64,000 nucleotides of DNA from Laetmonice hystrix. Its lineage: Eukaryota. The notes beneath the pieces are model-generated. The model was given only the letters and a program-made list of their open reading frames with translations, made no database searches and was not told where the DNA came from. Location of the stretch: NCBI GenBank assembly GCA_965235115.1, contig OZ249444.1:17546001-17610000 (forward strand). The letters run 5' to 3'. Positions 25,901-39,212 of this stretch are shown one piece after another (the stretch's first letter is position 1; every line of letters starts with the position of its first letter). Position numbers and translations under genes: made by a program.

Positions 25901-27993
25901 AATCCCTGATAGAAACCGACGCAGGCAGCAAAATGAGGGTTTTCTCGATGTCCACCCATGCTTTCCCTGGTGATTACATTCACCGGGATTATGACCCAAT
26001 ATTTACAGCTTCCTAAGTCGTTGCCATGGTGATTATCAAGCTTTAGAGTAGTAGGTAATGGCAATGGATTAATAGGCAGATATGATGGCCGTTTAGAGGT
26101 CGGTGTAGTATCGTGGACATGTTAATGTCATAGCCATTATTTATTTCTCCGATCTGTGCTGGTTAAGGGCATGAGTCGGGTTCATACTAATAGTAACGAT
26201 GTCAAGCAGATTGGAACATGAAGTTACTGGAGCTCAGGAACGGGGTCGCTTTCACTTAGATATGTTGAATTTGTTAGAATGAAGTCGTGATTGTAATTTT
26301 GTTATCATATTGTATAGGAGCTCATGGACCACACAAGCTGCACACATTCATATTGGAATCTTTGCTCTTTTTACAACCGGATGTATTTTTGATGGGACTC
26401 CAGTTTAAAAAATTTATTGCTAAATGTCTGAGGTGTCCAGCATGCTTGTCTTTTTGTTTAAAATGTAAAAGGGATATATTTACTAGTATCCTAAGACAAA
26501 AAAATAAGATAAAACGAAAAAAAGAAGTGACAAGCAGAGGGCAGAAAAACCAAGACGTGATATCGTGCAGAGAAGTGGTATTTGTTCTCCATGATATTTT
26601 TCTAACAAAAGGTTAGGCATGAGGAGGTGTACAAATCAACGTTAGCACGAGTGACTGGTTTACACATGCAACCTACATGGTTTCTGATCGCATCGCTGCC
26701 ACGACATGAAAGCTATTGATCCAACCGTCTCTTTGCAGCAAAACAGAAAGGCTTTAAATGGCCACTTGCCTTGGGTTGAACATCGGGGTGCAGTCAACAT
26801 GGACAGGTGTGCTTGGTGGACCAAGCATACTAACCATGGTCTAGAAGTCATTTTAGTTTAGGGGAGAAGATTAGATGGATAGAAAAATGTAGAAAGGACA
26901 GGGACAGAGAGCGTGAGGTTGAAAGATAAGGAAAGAGTCGGTTTGGGCGGGTGTTATATATTATGAATGTCATAGATTCACCAGAGAAGGTTTATACGGG
27001 ACAAGTGCTTTAAGCAGTCAGTGGCGGTAGATCTACTAATATAAGCCCAAACTGTTAAATATCAGTGAGTGGAGAAGGTAGATGTGGTATAAATCTGTCG
27101 GTTTTTGAAGTCCTTGTACGTGATCAAAGCCCTGAGTCAGAGATTTATTGACACTTATCCAAGAGAGTCAGTGAGGACGTAAATATAAAACTTTGACCGC
27201 AGTAGTGAAAGCATGAAATCATACATTGATCAGCGCTATAGAAGGCACTCCCTTCTTGTATGTGGTAGGATGTGGGCTGTAAGATATACTGATTACTGGT
27301 AGCTACAATGCACACATAGTTACCATGATTTTGTCACGACAAAAAACCAGTCAGTCCACTTGTCTGGTATATCCACATACTGGCAGACAGTGAAGGAGGA
27401 GATTGAGTCATTTGATCTTGTTTTTGTTTTAATATGTGCTTTGATGATAGAGAGGCAGTACCGCATTCATCATAAAAGAAACTTGAATAATCTTCAGAGG
27501 ATGTCTTACTAGGAGGGAAGTTAGGTAGGAAATTATGATAAATTGGAAGTGGAATAAAGATTTTAGCCACACTCGCTCTTCACTCGGTTCCCTCTCTTAC
27601 ACTGTATCCATTGGGTGATGCCTGTTACATCCCAGGACCGGTGTAGTTGGATACGAAACTAATCAGTGTTGATAAAAGACAGTCGTCTGGAGCCAGCAGG
27701 GGAAACCCTGCACTGGGCAAGCGGCTTCAAGTCGACGGTTGTGTCGTATCCTCAGCCACAGTCATTTATCATTGTCGTAACTGGGGCCTCATCAACATCT
27801 CCACCGCAGGCCCGCCTCAAGAAGGCATCAGAATAATAGCAATATTGAATATCCTAACCAATCTACTTACGACATGCTCACTTCTTATTTATATTACAAT
27901 GAAAATTACGTTTGGTATCCATAGACAACTTAATCATCTTTGACGATTGACCATTGATTACTTAGATTTGGTTGCACTGAAGTATTGTGAATC

Positions 27994-28332
27994 CAGTGGG
28001 GGATCCAGGATTTTGATAAGGGGGGGCCCACCTAAAAAAAATTTTTAGCCTCGCTACGCTCTGCGTGATTTTATTGTAATCATGGTCATTTTGGGCCTCT
28101 TTTGGTCTATTTCAATGCTGCATGGCCCAGAGTTATGTTGCTCCTGGATGACTGAGGAGGCCCTATATTGGGCACGATGTTGCTATCACGTACAATATAG
28201 GAGGCTTTTTTACAGAATTTTGTTGGAATACTGGTTTCAGGGTCCGAATAATGCATCTTTGTACAAAAAAAAGCGGGGAAAAGGGAAATTTAAGGGGGTC
28301 GGGCCCCTTGGGCCCCCCTGGATCCCCCAGTG
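27994..28332. mobile_element. 339-bp MITE, TIR CA(G/C)TGGGGGATCCAGG, 7-bp TSD
   Basis: Left CAGTGGGGGATCCAGG; right CTGGATCCCCCAGTG. GTGAATC lies on both sides (27987-27993 and 28333-28339). Confidence 0.82.
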
Positions 28333-31300
28333 GTGAATCACTTAGTTGGTAACCTTGGATGAAGTTATTACCGGGTTATGTGAGGTGCAAAAACTAGCCA
28401 TGCTCATCTTGCATCTATGATAGTTTGATTACAAAGAAAGAAGAAAGGCTCAAACCGTCTTAATTTGAAATTGGAGTTTCTATAAAATACTAATTACCTA
28501 ATAACACCGTCGTGATATAAACTTTAATTCATTTATATGTTGATTGCTAATTGGAATTCACATCAATATGTATCCACAGATCCCACATATTATGGAACTG
28601 CTGTGTTTCTAAATCAAAACTATCAGTATACTGGGTAACCGCTGCTTTATGCCTAATGGTAATATAACTAGCCCTCCGCCTGTTGTCAGCCCAGTGCCTC
28701 ATACTGATTAAACTAGCCCAGCGACTGTGTGATTCCTACTCAGCCAGCCAAGGGATTCAAAGTATCAGTGCATGATTTCCCGATGCCTTAAAATGTAAAT
28801 ATTGAATGACGAGCTCTCTGTAGCCGGAAGTTCCTGTCCCAGAGGTATCTCTATCAACAGTCTAAAAAGTGAAATCCTGTTCTCTTGATGGAAAAAGGAA
28901 CCATTTCCAGCCGTGCTTTTTTCACAGTGTATGCGTATCATGTCAGTCAAGAGTCACCATATTGGATGACTATTTCAATAAAAGCATTGCAGAATGTCCC
29001 TCAAGGAAATCGTTTATTTGAAGAAAAAATTTATCGTAATGACAAGTGATTGTATCTACCTGTAAACATCAGGGAAAGACGCTTACAAGTTGTTTCCGTA
29101 TGAATATAATTTCAGTATTTAAGAATTAAAAGCAGCAATGACAATAAATTTGAACACGTAAAACCTTATGTGAAAACAGGTGAGCGCAGAATTCTGACTG
29201 GAACCCCAATAAGATCGCAAATAAATGAAAATAGGTTTTCTGGGATTTGTGGTTATTGTTTGGAAACGGAAGCGGTAACGGAGAACGAAATCCGAGCCAG
29301 GCCTCTCTAACCATTGGTCGTCGTTATCAGGGTATGGCAGCGTGGCTGGAAGCAGCTCCTCCTCTCCAGTAGATCTTGATTCATGGAACTCTACATGGTG
29401 GCCACACACCCCACTGTCGACTTGCCGACTGCCTGCAAGGGACACATGCTCGGTTGGCACCAAATTAGCCAGGAGCCAATGACCTCTCCACACAGCTCAC
29501 TGCTTTGATAGGGTAGCGGCGCTGCATCGCGGTGGCATCTCTTAACTGAGGCAAGTGACACGAAGCAGATGCGTGGACTTTTTGCAGGATGTTCAACACG
29601 CCGGGAAGTGCTGGCGGAGCGTGTGTCTGGCTCGGATGTTGGATGCTGACTGCAGGCAGCGTGCAGGCCTGGCTGAGGAGGTAGCACCTACATGGTGAGA
29701 CTGAAGGGCGAACGCTGTGTGTTTGTTGTCATGGTTTCCATACAAATCACTATTACCAAATGAAGGATCACGCAAGCAGTTGGTCAAAACGGAACCAACA
29801 TCGTTGGTGCTCCTTTAAGAAAAATATTCCATTCGTAATTAATCATGTTAATGTTCCTGTCTGGGTACATGCAGATAGTGCAAATGCAATCATTCAAATG
29901 GGAGCTAGCTAACAGTTGCTATTCAGGACAAGGACCGTTCGTTTCCAGCTCGGAGGTTCTTTCACCGACAAGCGAAATCTCTAAGCGGGCGGCCATAAAT
30001 GAAATTCCTAAGCGTTCATCCCTGAATTATTGGTGCCCAGGGCCCGGCGAACACTGTTAAAGTCAGACCTGTTGATGTTTTCCTTTAGAGTGATCCAAAT
30101 ATATGGGCAGGCCGTTGCGGTTCGTTCCTTACACTCTTCGAATAAGAAAAAAACAAGGTTGTACCATCTGTGTTTTTTTAAACCAGTTTCTGAGGCATTA
30201 AATGTTTCTGGTTACGTTTGATCAATATATTGATACACCGGAAAACAAACTGACTTAGAAAAACATACAATGATGTTTGCCTTATTGACGGGGCATTATT
30301 ACATTGCTCTAGATGATGATGATGACAGGGAGAATGTCGTGAAGTGATGAGTAAATGATGGCTGACATGACACGGCCAGTCTCCGCTCCCGTCTTGCCGA
30401 TCAACACATCCTCAACATGAGCTGAAAGCGGCACACTGCCGGCTGACACACCGCAGATTGCTTCTTACCGACGCTGACACATACCTAATGGCGTGCCAAA
30501 CATGACCCATTTTTACACCAGTTTTCTTTCTTCACAATTCAAACACGTCCGTGTTCAATGGCCTGCTGCCAGCCTTGATTGATCCGCAGAAATGTGAACA
30601 ACCCACTTTGGGTCAAGGTTGTTAAAATATTTGCAGGTTTTTAATTGGTGATCATGAATTAGACAAGAAAAGGGCACAAGCTTATCACTACTGTTAGTAG
30701 TTGGCCCTGAGACGCGTGTGTGTATGTAGAATTATCAGGATGTTATGACGTTTTGTCCGTATTTCTGTCTTTAAGTGGTGCGCTCCTAGTGCTCTTCAGG
30801 GTTGATTGCTTTCTTGAAAAGCAAAGTAACAGATAATCAATCAAATCACTGGGGCTTGTAATCAGAGCATTGTGCTGTGGATGGCCAAGAGCAGCTTCAC
30901 GCTTTAGATGCATTTTCGTACAAAGCTAGAGCATAATACTCATTTGCTTTCAAGAGATTGAAACCTTCTGGATATAACAGGATCGAAGAAACATATTGGA
31001 TGGAATAAATTGAACAAAGGCTGGGCTAAATATTGAGAGTAGTATCCTTTATCAGAAGTGACACATCAGAAACGTTCAGTTTGAAATGATGTAAATCAAA
31101 ATATTATTCTTTAGTTAATTACTGTGCTTACGATTTTGATCTGGCCTACATCATAAGGTTTCGATATTTTGATGAAAACTGTTGATACTTTTATGAGAAA
31201 TACGAACGTTGCTGCCAGTTCCGGCACTTCTTCCACTATGCTGTAAGATGGCTTAGTTGCTTTGGGTTCTCTTTCAAAGAGAGCAGTTTCATTAAGATAT

Positions 31301-31369
31301 CACTTGGATAATGAGTACCCACCTTATGGATGTTATAGGCTGGAAACGGGAAAAAGGCACATGTTGCCA

Positions 31370-31440
31370 GATAAAACTGCTAGGGGTTCTTTGACCAGTC
31401 GCCCTCGCTTTATATGTTAATAAATATGACAAAAAGACAG
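31370..31440 (+). mobile_element. Short LINE RT relic
   Basis: GVL*PVALALYVN, cf. GSVLGP.LF.LYVND. Confidence 0.27.
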
Positions 31441-31774
31441 TTGTTAGTCTCCAATGAGTCGGCATCTATAGCTGTGATCCACTCGAGTCGTAGAGAACTG
31501 TTGTGCGACACCTGGCGGCGTTTTGTGGTCGGTGATTGTAGGCCATGTAAATAACACTTGTTACATGCATAATTCGCCTCATTACCATGTTGGTCCATGA
31601 GGCTGTGCCATTTGGTCAGGCCTTTTTTCCCAATGGATTCCTAATTGATCTCTGTCACTGGAATGGCAGGGTTCCCCACAATTAGTAGAATACATTGGTA
31701 AAACTTAAACTGGATCAAAGGGACTATTTAAATGGAGATAAAGCTTTACGTGACATTCAAGCTTGATTCTTTAC

Positions 31775-32152
31775 TTAAAGGAGAGTTTTCTTATGAGATG
31801 GAAAAATAGAAATAGAGTGCCAGAGTTTTTTCCCGGCGCTTTCTAACATCGTACCTTGGATGACAACATTGATGTGCAGTTTCTTTTGAGACTTGCACAA
31901 TAAGACATCTAGAATCCTGCAGAACACCATCCAATTTAAAAGTCGCTGCGTGCCGACATAATATTTGCTCGCACAATGTACGGCTTTTCCTTCAAACTCA
32001 CACAGACTCGAGCTCCACCTCTGTAGTGTAGATTCTTTGGATGTAATCCTGCCATTATTGTAAATGCGACAGTTGATACGTATAGATCTGTCGAGGCAAA
32101 CTGATATGAATTTTTTGTATGTTGCACTGTAGGGTTTCCTGAAGTATTCCAC
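31775..32152 (-). mobile_element. CR1-like RT C-terminal relic (stop-free but highly diverged)
   Basis: Track ORF contains INCRIYNNGRI..S....LQ (cf. I.S.CRLFADD..Y..I.S....LQ.DL), NWMVF (cf. W.M.FN..KC) and VIQGTMLES (cf. Y.I.G..LE), in the correct order. Confidence 0.48.
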
Positions 32153-34080
32153 CCTTTACGTGGAGTTGAAGGATCTTTGGCGGGGGTAGCCTAGGGTAGC
32201 CTATTGAAATTATAAAGATTAAAATTATAAATGATAAATTTTCAGGGAGTAACTAATTTTAGCCCCCCCCCCCCCCTGCACAGCCACACCGGGCTTGGTG
32301 CAGGTGTCACGCCATTGTTTTACAACAGTGTATTCCAGAAGTTCAGATATAATACATGCAAATGCGAGAATTGATGGAAAAAGCTTGTATCTCGCTTCTT
32401 GGAGACGGGTGGTTGGCTGCAGCAGCTGAGAAGGTGTCATGGAGAAATGAGCGAATCTGGCCCTCCACCCCCCACCACCACCACAACATCAACACCCGCA
32501 CTGCCGCCACACCCACACAGACGTACCGGCCTCAGCTGTCAACCCAACGTGGGTAACGCTACTGACAGGAAGGCCATCGAGAAGCTAAAAGAACACAACC
32601 CCATGGAGATTGGCTCTTTGCACAATTTGATGTGCAGCGCAGGTCCCTGCAATTCATAAGAGGGGTATTCTGGCATAGATGAGAATTCGAAAACTACATG
32701 TAGGCAGTAATGTTTCTTGACTGCGGCAGGGATTGAGGACCATTGAACCTGTCTGTAATTGAGGCTTACTTGTGGCATACAGAAATTGGGCATGTGCTAT
32801 ATGCAAATCTAGTCTATATCTGTCATTTTCATGATGACAATATCGTATCCGAGAATGGCCGACTGGTACGTGCTTTGTGGAGGTGGTAATAAAACTGGCT
32901 GTCTGAACACGTTGTGATGGGAGTAAACGTGACTGTCTACACTTGGCTTGATGACAGTAAATGAGGATGGTTTCCGCTACTCTGAATCTGGTGATTAGTG
33001 GTTCCTCGTACGGAAATTAATGAAACTTTAATTGGCTCTCCACACCTAGTTTATGGACAGTAAATCTATGCTCATGTAACTCGGTGACACCAGCAGATTT
33101 GGGCGTCGAGCTTGGCAACACTGAATGACATCGTTTAGTGATGATAGTTTACACACACCAAAACTCCAAGTGTAAACCCCGCTTGTAGAAAATAAAACTG
33201 TATGTCCGGAGTCCTGGCTCATGGTGTGTCCGGCCGTTTGTGATGGACGTGCCGAATCCCCTCCTCCCCAAACAGCCTCTGGTGTCGGCCGTTGTGTTCG
33301 TAAAAATCCCACTCATGTCTATTTGTTATGTCTAAATTAATCAGTAAATCACATCATAAATTAGAACTTACCATTGTAAAAGAACGTCTGAAAATATTAT
33401 TATGATATGGAGCCTTCCTTAGATTCCGTGTCTGTATTGATGTACTGGTCGTCACTGCTGAGTGTTAACCCTTGGTATCCTGTGGCATGGAATAAGGTCC
33501 AGTAGAACGAGATATTAATAGCCTAATTAAGTCAGAGCATTAATTTCACAGTGTAATTAGGAGATTACGTCTCATTCGCTGTAATTACTGTTTGGGGGCG
33601 TTCCATGTAATATACATAGTTTTTGTTTCCTCCTATAGAAGTTTAACCCTGGTTTTTAACCGTCGATTTAGATGGTGACAGCATGAACCTCGCTAGATTT
33701 CACATCTTTCAATAATTTTGGTTGTGCCGGCCTCTCCTGTCTTTCAGAGCCTGATATGACTTCTAACATTTACTCTGGTTTTAAGCAGTCATTTTTATTT
33801 GATTCCGAAGGTGCAGTAGATATCTATAAATGTCACAGGGAGAAAAAAATTTGTACTAAACTTTGGCACGTGCCATGCAAGAGACTACCAGTGCATGATA
33901 TTTAAGAAACTGTTGCTTCAGTGTTGCAGCAGTGTTTATAGAAGGAGAGGCAGTGTTATCCCAAGGCGTTACTTATCCAGCAGTGTCATTTATTATTCCT
34001 TATCAAATGACAGTATTATCATACGGCAGTTAATTGAACGTTGATGTTTAACAATCGGCGCTGATGTTAAACGCCAGTAC

Positions 34081-34787
34081 TTGTTGCCTATTGATTGGCA
34101 GATTGCCAGTATTTATCCAATGGTAGTGTTATTGAATGTCCTGTTTATCCAACGGCAGGGTTTATTGAATGACACACAATGTTTATTGAAGGGCAGCATA
34201 ACTTGCAAGGTTCTGGTTAGTGTTTGTCTACTTCAATTGGGAAAATTACCACACCTCTTGGACCTTTCCTTTCAAGTAGTTTGTCGTTTTGAAGCAGGCA
34301 GATCATGAGCTCCACAAACCACATAGATTCTTAAAAGATTTATTATATTGCTCAGTCTGAGGCATTTTAAAACAATTTTCTTCATGTGAATAATTTATTG
34401 TCTAATTTTTAACTTACATTTGTAGCAATATGTTCTATTTATCATCCACAGATCCATACGAATTTTATAGCGTGAGTTAAATTTACGTTGGTTAAAACAT
34501 GTCCTGATTATGGGAGGATGTAGACATAAACACTATATGGAAATGACTAAAGGAAGGTTTCTGTGATTAAGCAGACTCTCTTTGCTGAGGAAACAATCCA
34601 TGGTGCTGTGGATGATAAAGTGACGGAAGCCGACCTTGGTGAATGGCGTCAACCTGAGGAGATTGTTCTCACCGCTAACCCCGTGAATTACAAGCTATCC
34701 GTCCAGTGTGAATGCTGGCATGTTGTAAGGGTAGCCGGAAGCCCTTTACTGCTTCCTGTTATTATCAACTTAACCTTCAGTAAATAA
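34081..34787 (+). mobile_element. Decayed CR1-like RT
   Basis: LPIDWQIASIYPM (cf. P.DWK.ANI.PIFKK), SITCKVL (cf. TSI.CKILE), HLL....RFEAGRS (cf. Q.GFR.GRS), then TLFAEET at ~34575 (cf. LFADDT); correct order. Confidence 0.55.
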
Positions 34788-35489
34788 TCTGGTGGGACCA
34801 TCAAAAAACAGGGCTCTCCCCAAGGTCACAAGTTTAACTCCTTATAGATGTGATTTTGGGGGTTCCCCAATGGTAACTTTCAGACAATGGTTTTGGGTAG
34901 GGGTCAGGGATAGGGATAGGGATATGTCTTTAGGAGGTGTAGGGACCGGGGTTAGCAGTTAGGGATAAGGTCAGGGCTATGGATCTTTACTTCCGACCAA
35001 ATGTCGTGAGGTTTAAGTTACCACGGGGGATGTACCGTTCATTTATGCAAGAACAAGTGGTACTCGCTGCCACATATAACGTTCATGATCACCTTTAGTC
35101 TTAAAGCTAACTCTTCTCGGTATAAACGGCGGATGTCTAGGTAGAATCCCAATTATTAGTACTGAAAAGGTTTTTTGTCGATATCATGAGCCAAAATTTG
35201 GATGGCATTCTGTTGCTTCCGTTGACCTACAGCGTAATTCAAAGCGGATATTACCAATGCTTTATGAGCTCGTAACATGGCAGTGTTTTCTAATGAAGTA
35301 AATGGTACTATTTCCGATAACAAATGTCATCTTACTATTCTGCTAGTTCTTTGGAACCACCAGATGGCCAGCTTCTAATATGTAAGATGTAGTGGTCATG
35401 CGAGGGTTATACATTGTTTTGTTAAATGATCGCTGTTTATCTATAATATTTATTTATAATTTATTTATTTTTGTGTGTTCCAGGTAAGA

Positions 35490-35961
35490 TTGCGGAGTTT
35501 ATCCCAATTGCTATGCGAGCAGATCTACGTGAGTTAAATTTATTAATTCACGTGAATAATCTTTGGGTCTTTGGGTCTTTGAATACCTTTGAAACATTGA
35601 AAAAGATTGACTTGATGGTAACTCTACACCATGCTCGAGTTATGCTCTTCATAATGGTCTTCACAGAGCAGTCTTCAGTGGGAAATTACTGTCATGGAAG
35701 TGAGCTAGGTCAGTTTAACAATTCATCTCAAACGGAAATCTCAGTTGAATTTTGTTTCTAGGAGGAGGTGTTTGTAATTATGTGTTCCAAGCGTCTCTCA
35801 TTTCCATGGATTCTGCGGTGTATTTTATTGCTGTTCTGCCAAGTTTCAGTGCTGATAACCCGAATGTTGAGAATAGATGGCGACATTCGATCCTGATTTG
35901 TAAAATCCCATACAATCCATATAACCTCACCAATATATTCACTCCGAATTCTTTTATTTGA
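35490..35961 (+). mobile_element. Decayed LINE AP-endonuclease fragment
   Basis: GGGVCNYV (cf. GGGV.IYV) and ENRW..SILICKIPYNP (cf. E.IW....LI...YRPP), preceded by an N..SL...L..IDLM-like stretch. Confidence 0.38.
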
Positions 35962-37859
35962 GGCTATCTTGACATGATATCGGGTGCCACACAGACTACG
36001 ACCGTTATTGTGGCAGAAGATGGTCCATTGTCTTAGAGAGACTCGGATGAATTAATAAACGGACCAGTGTCATGTTTTTTTTTTACACAGTTGGGTAGAA
36101 CCCTGACTTTATTGCCGAGCTGAGACAGTAAACACAGACACTGCTACATCTTCATAATTCTGACATAAAAGGAAAAAGTTGTGGTGCCCTTTGCGAGGGC
36201 GGCAGGTGGTGAGAACATTAAGTGTGCTGGGAGCGTATTGACCTTGTGGGTGACTCATGCGACAGGCAATCAACATGTTTCACATGGAACTGGTAGGCAC
36301 GGGTGTAAGGCTTTATTTATTGTTATCTGAGGAAAAAACGCATAACCTCGCACCGCAAAGGGAATTATCTGCTCGCTTGCCACCTACACAGAATAATACT
36401 TATGACAAGATGGGACATATTACACGCACTACCGGTGTAATGGGCCTACTACTACAGCCAGGGAGAAAAGTATCCATAGGTAGTACCCGGGCACTTATAC
36501 ACTATAATCAAACCCACATTGTGGTTCGCCGAAATGAAAAGGAAGTGATAGAAAACTGCTTTTATTAGAAGATGGATAGAAAAAAAATACAAAAAGGAGA
36601 GAAAAGGGAGGTGAATGGCTAAATGGAGCGCCTAGTCTGGACGGTGGGGACCTGTTATGGAGCGGGTAACCACGGTAATGGGATACATGAGGCTGTCAGA
36701 CTGGCCCCGCTGGCTGACCTCTTGTGATTCTACTGACCCCTGATGGTCAGGACGACCTCCCAACCTTTACCAATGATGTCCTTGGAAAGGACTGCAGGGA
36801 AGACATGCCAGCATTTCATAGCGGCCCGATGTAAGGCCTCTCTCCTTCAGCCTACCGTGTATCTGTGGGTCGTACAGTGATTAGGTTATGATGCGTTCCT
36901 AACGTGTTTTGTCTGATCCATATACATTTGTATCTGTGTGAGTCGTGAAGTGGAGAACCTGCTCCGCGTGACGTGTTCTGTACAAGGTGACTCCAGTGGT
37001 GGGCACGGTGTGATTGAACTGGCTCTACTATATTCATCTTCCGTAACTTCTCAGGTTTTCTAATTTGCTACTTATGGAATGATATTTTCTGGTAGACCAT
37101 TTCCATTATTAAACGTTGTCTTGGTTTGGAGACAACGTTTCTCATTCTACTGGTCCTGACAGAAGGGCCTCGAATAGGGAAACTTTATACGCCTGCTTAT
37201 CTGTCTGTACAATGGTTTTTTAATTCAATCTATGGAGAATATTTCTATCCTTATTGAAAATGTAAAATTGTTTGTTTGAGGCGGTAGTTTTAACCTTTTA
37301 TATACCTTGAGGTTGAGGAGTAGGGGAAGGAAGAGGGTACCCAGAAATATGAAAACGTAAACCTAAGAGGGAATCGTTATAGTGGTCTGAATGTTGCTCC
37401 TCACACCTGCTGACCCCGCTGGGACGTGGAAGATGATCAATAGTGATGCATCCTACATCTTGTTATCTATGGAAGGAGCCCTCAGAGTCGGGTAAAACCC
37501 CCAGACTGTTCGAACGGGTGCCAGTGCAATCCCATGAAATCAACCAATTAGAATAGCTCTTGCAAAGGAACATCGCTCAACTCTACCCGTGTCAGCCAAT
37601 TAGCATTGCTATAATATCAAGCCAGAGGATGACCAGTGCCATCAAATGAGAGTTTTGTGAAGACTGCCTTCAAAGCGAGTGATGGTAAGGCTTGTCTTTT
37701 CTGGAGGACTCTGTCATTAAACACAAGCAGGCACCATGCTATCGGGTCTCAACGCCTATACCATTTTGTCTGTCAGGAGTTCTACCAATGATAAAACGCT
37801 GTGAAGTGCAAGGTTAAGAGAGTTCATGTGTTGGTTGCCAGGGCTACAAGCGGCACGGT

Positions 37860-37950
37860 GAAGGATGGTTCAAGAATCTGTTAAACTTTTAGGTGTCCTT
37901 AGTGGAGTTAGGTTTTTGACTTGTTTTCACGCTGCAGTTTGTTATATCGG
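37860..37950 (+). mobile_element. CR1/L2 RT C-terminal relic truncated by the 66-bp array
   Basis: ESVKLLGVLSGVRFLTCFHAAVC, cf. SVKLLGV.ID..L.F..HI..IC. Confidence 0.35.
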
Positions 37951-37958
37951 TGCGTGTT

Positions 37959-39212
37959 GGGTACAGGGTTACAGGCTGTGGGTTATGTGGCAGGGGTATT
38001 GGGTGCATGACTACAGGCTGGGTGGGGTACAGGGTTACAGGCTGTGGGTTATGTGGCAGGGGTATTAGGTGCATGACTACAGGCTGGGTGGGGTACAGGG
38101 TTACAGGCTGTGGGTTATGTGGCAGGGGTATTGGGTGCATGACTGCAGGCTGGGTGGGGTACAGGGTTACAGGCTGTGGGTTATGTGGCAGGGGTATTGG
38201 GTGCATGACTACAGGCTGGGTGGGGTACAGGGTTACAGGCTGTGGGTTATGTGGCAGGGGTATTGGGTGCATGACTACAGGCTGGGTGGGGTACAGGGTT
38301 ACAGGCTGTGGGTTATGTGGCAGGGGTATTGGGTGCATGACTACAGGCTGGGTGGGGTACAGGGTTACAGGCTGTGGGTTATGTGGCAGGGGTATTGGGT
38401 GCATGACTGCAGGCTGGGTGGGGTACAGGGTTACAGGCTGTGGGTTATGTGGCAGGGGTATTGGGTGCATGACTACAGGCTGGGTGGGGTACAGGGTTAC
38501 AGGCTGGGGGTTATGTGGCAGGGGTATTGGGTGCATGACTGCAGGCTGGGTGGGGTACAGGGTTACAGGCTGTGGGTTATGTGGCAGGGGTATTGGGTGC
38601 ATGACTACAGGCTGGGTGGGGTACAGGGTTACAGGCTGGGGGTTATGTGGCAGGGGTATTGGGTGCATGACTACAGGCTGGGTGGGGTACAGGGTTACAG
38701 GCTGTGGGTTATGTGGCAGGGGTATTGGGTGCATGACTACAGGCTGGGTGGGGTACAGGGTTACAGGCTGGGGGTTATGTGGCAGGGGTATTGGGTGCAT
38801 GACTACAGGCTGGGTGGGGTACAGGGTTACAGGCTGTGGGTTATGTGGCAGGGGTATTGGGTGCATGACTGCAGGCTGGGTGGGGTACAGGGTTACAGGC
38901 TGTGGGTTATGTGGCAGGGGTATTGGGTGCATGACTACAGGCTGGGTGGGGTACAGGGTTACAGGCTGTGGGTTATGTGGCAGGGGTATTGGGTGCATGA
39001 CTGCAGGCTGGGTGGGGTACAGGGTTACAGGCTGTGGGTTATGTGGCAGGGGTATTGGGTGCATGACTGCAGGCTGGGTGGGGTACAGGGTTACAGGCTG
39101 TGGGTTATGTGGCAGGGGTATTGGGTGCATGACTACAGGCTGGGTGGGGTACAGGGTTACAGGCTGTGGGTTATGTGGCAGGGGTATTGGGTGCATGACT
39201 GCAGGCTGGGTG
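37959..39212 (+). repeat. 66-bp G-rich minisatellite, 19 near-identical copies
   Basis: Unit GGGTACAGGGTTACAGGCTGTGGGTTATGTGGCAGGGGTATTGGGTGCATGACT(A/G)CAGGCTGGGTG. Two recurrent variable sites plus one private SNP. Source of the 452-, 436- and 382-aa ORFs. Confidence 0.98.

Noticed and set aside
34885-34980. Telomere-like GGTTAG/GGATAG tract as a fusion scar
   Set aside because: Short and degenerate, with no head-to-head arrangement; such tracts occur inside MITEs in this window.
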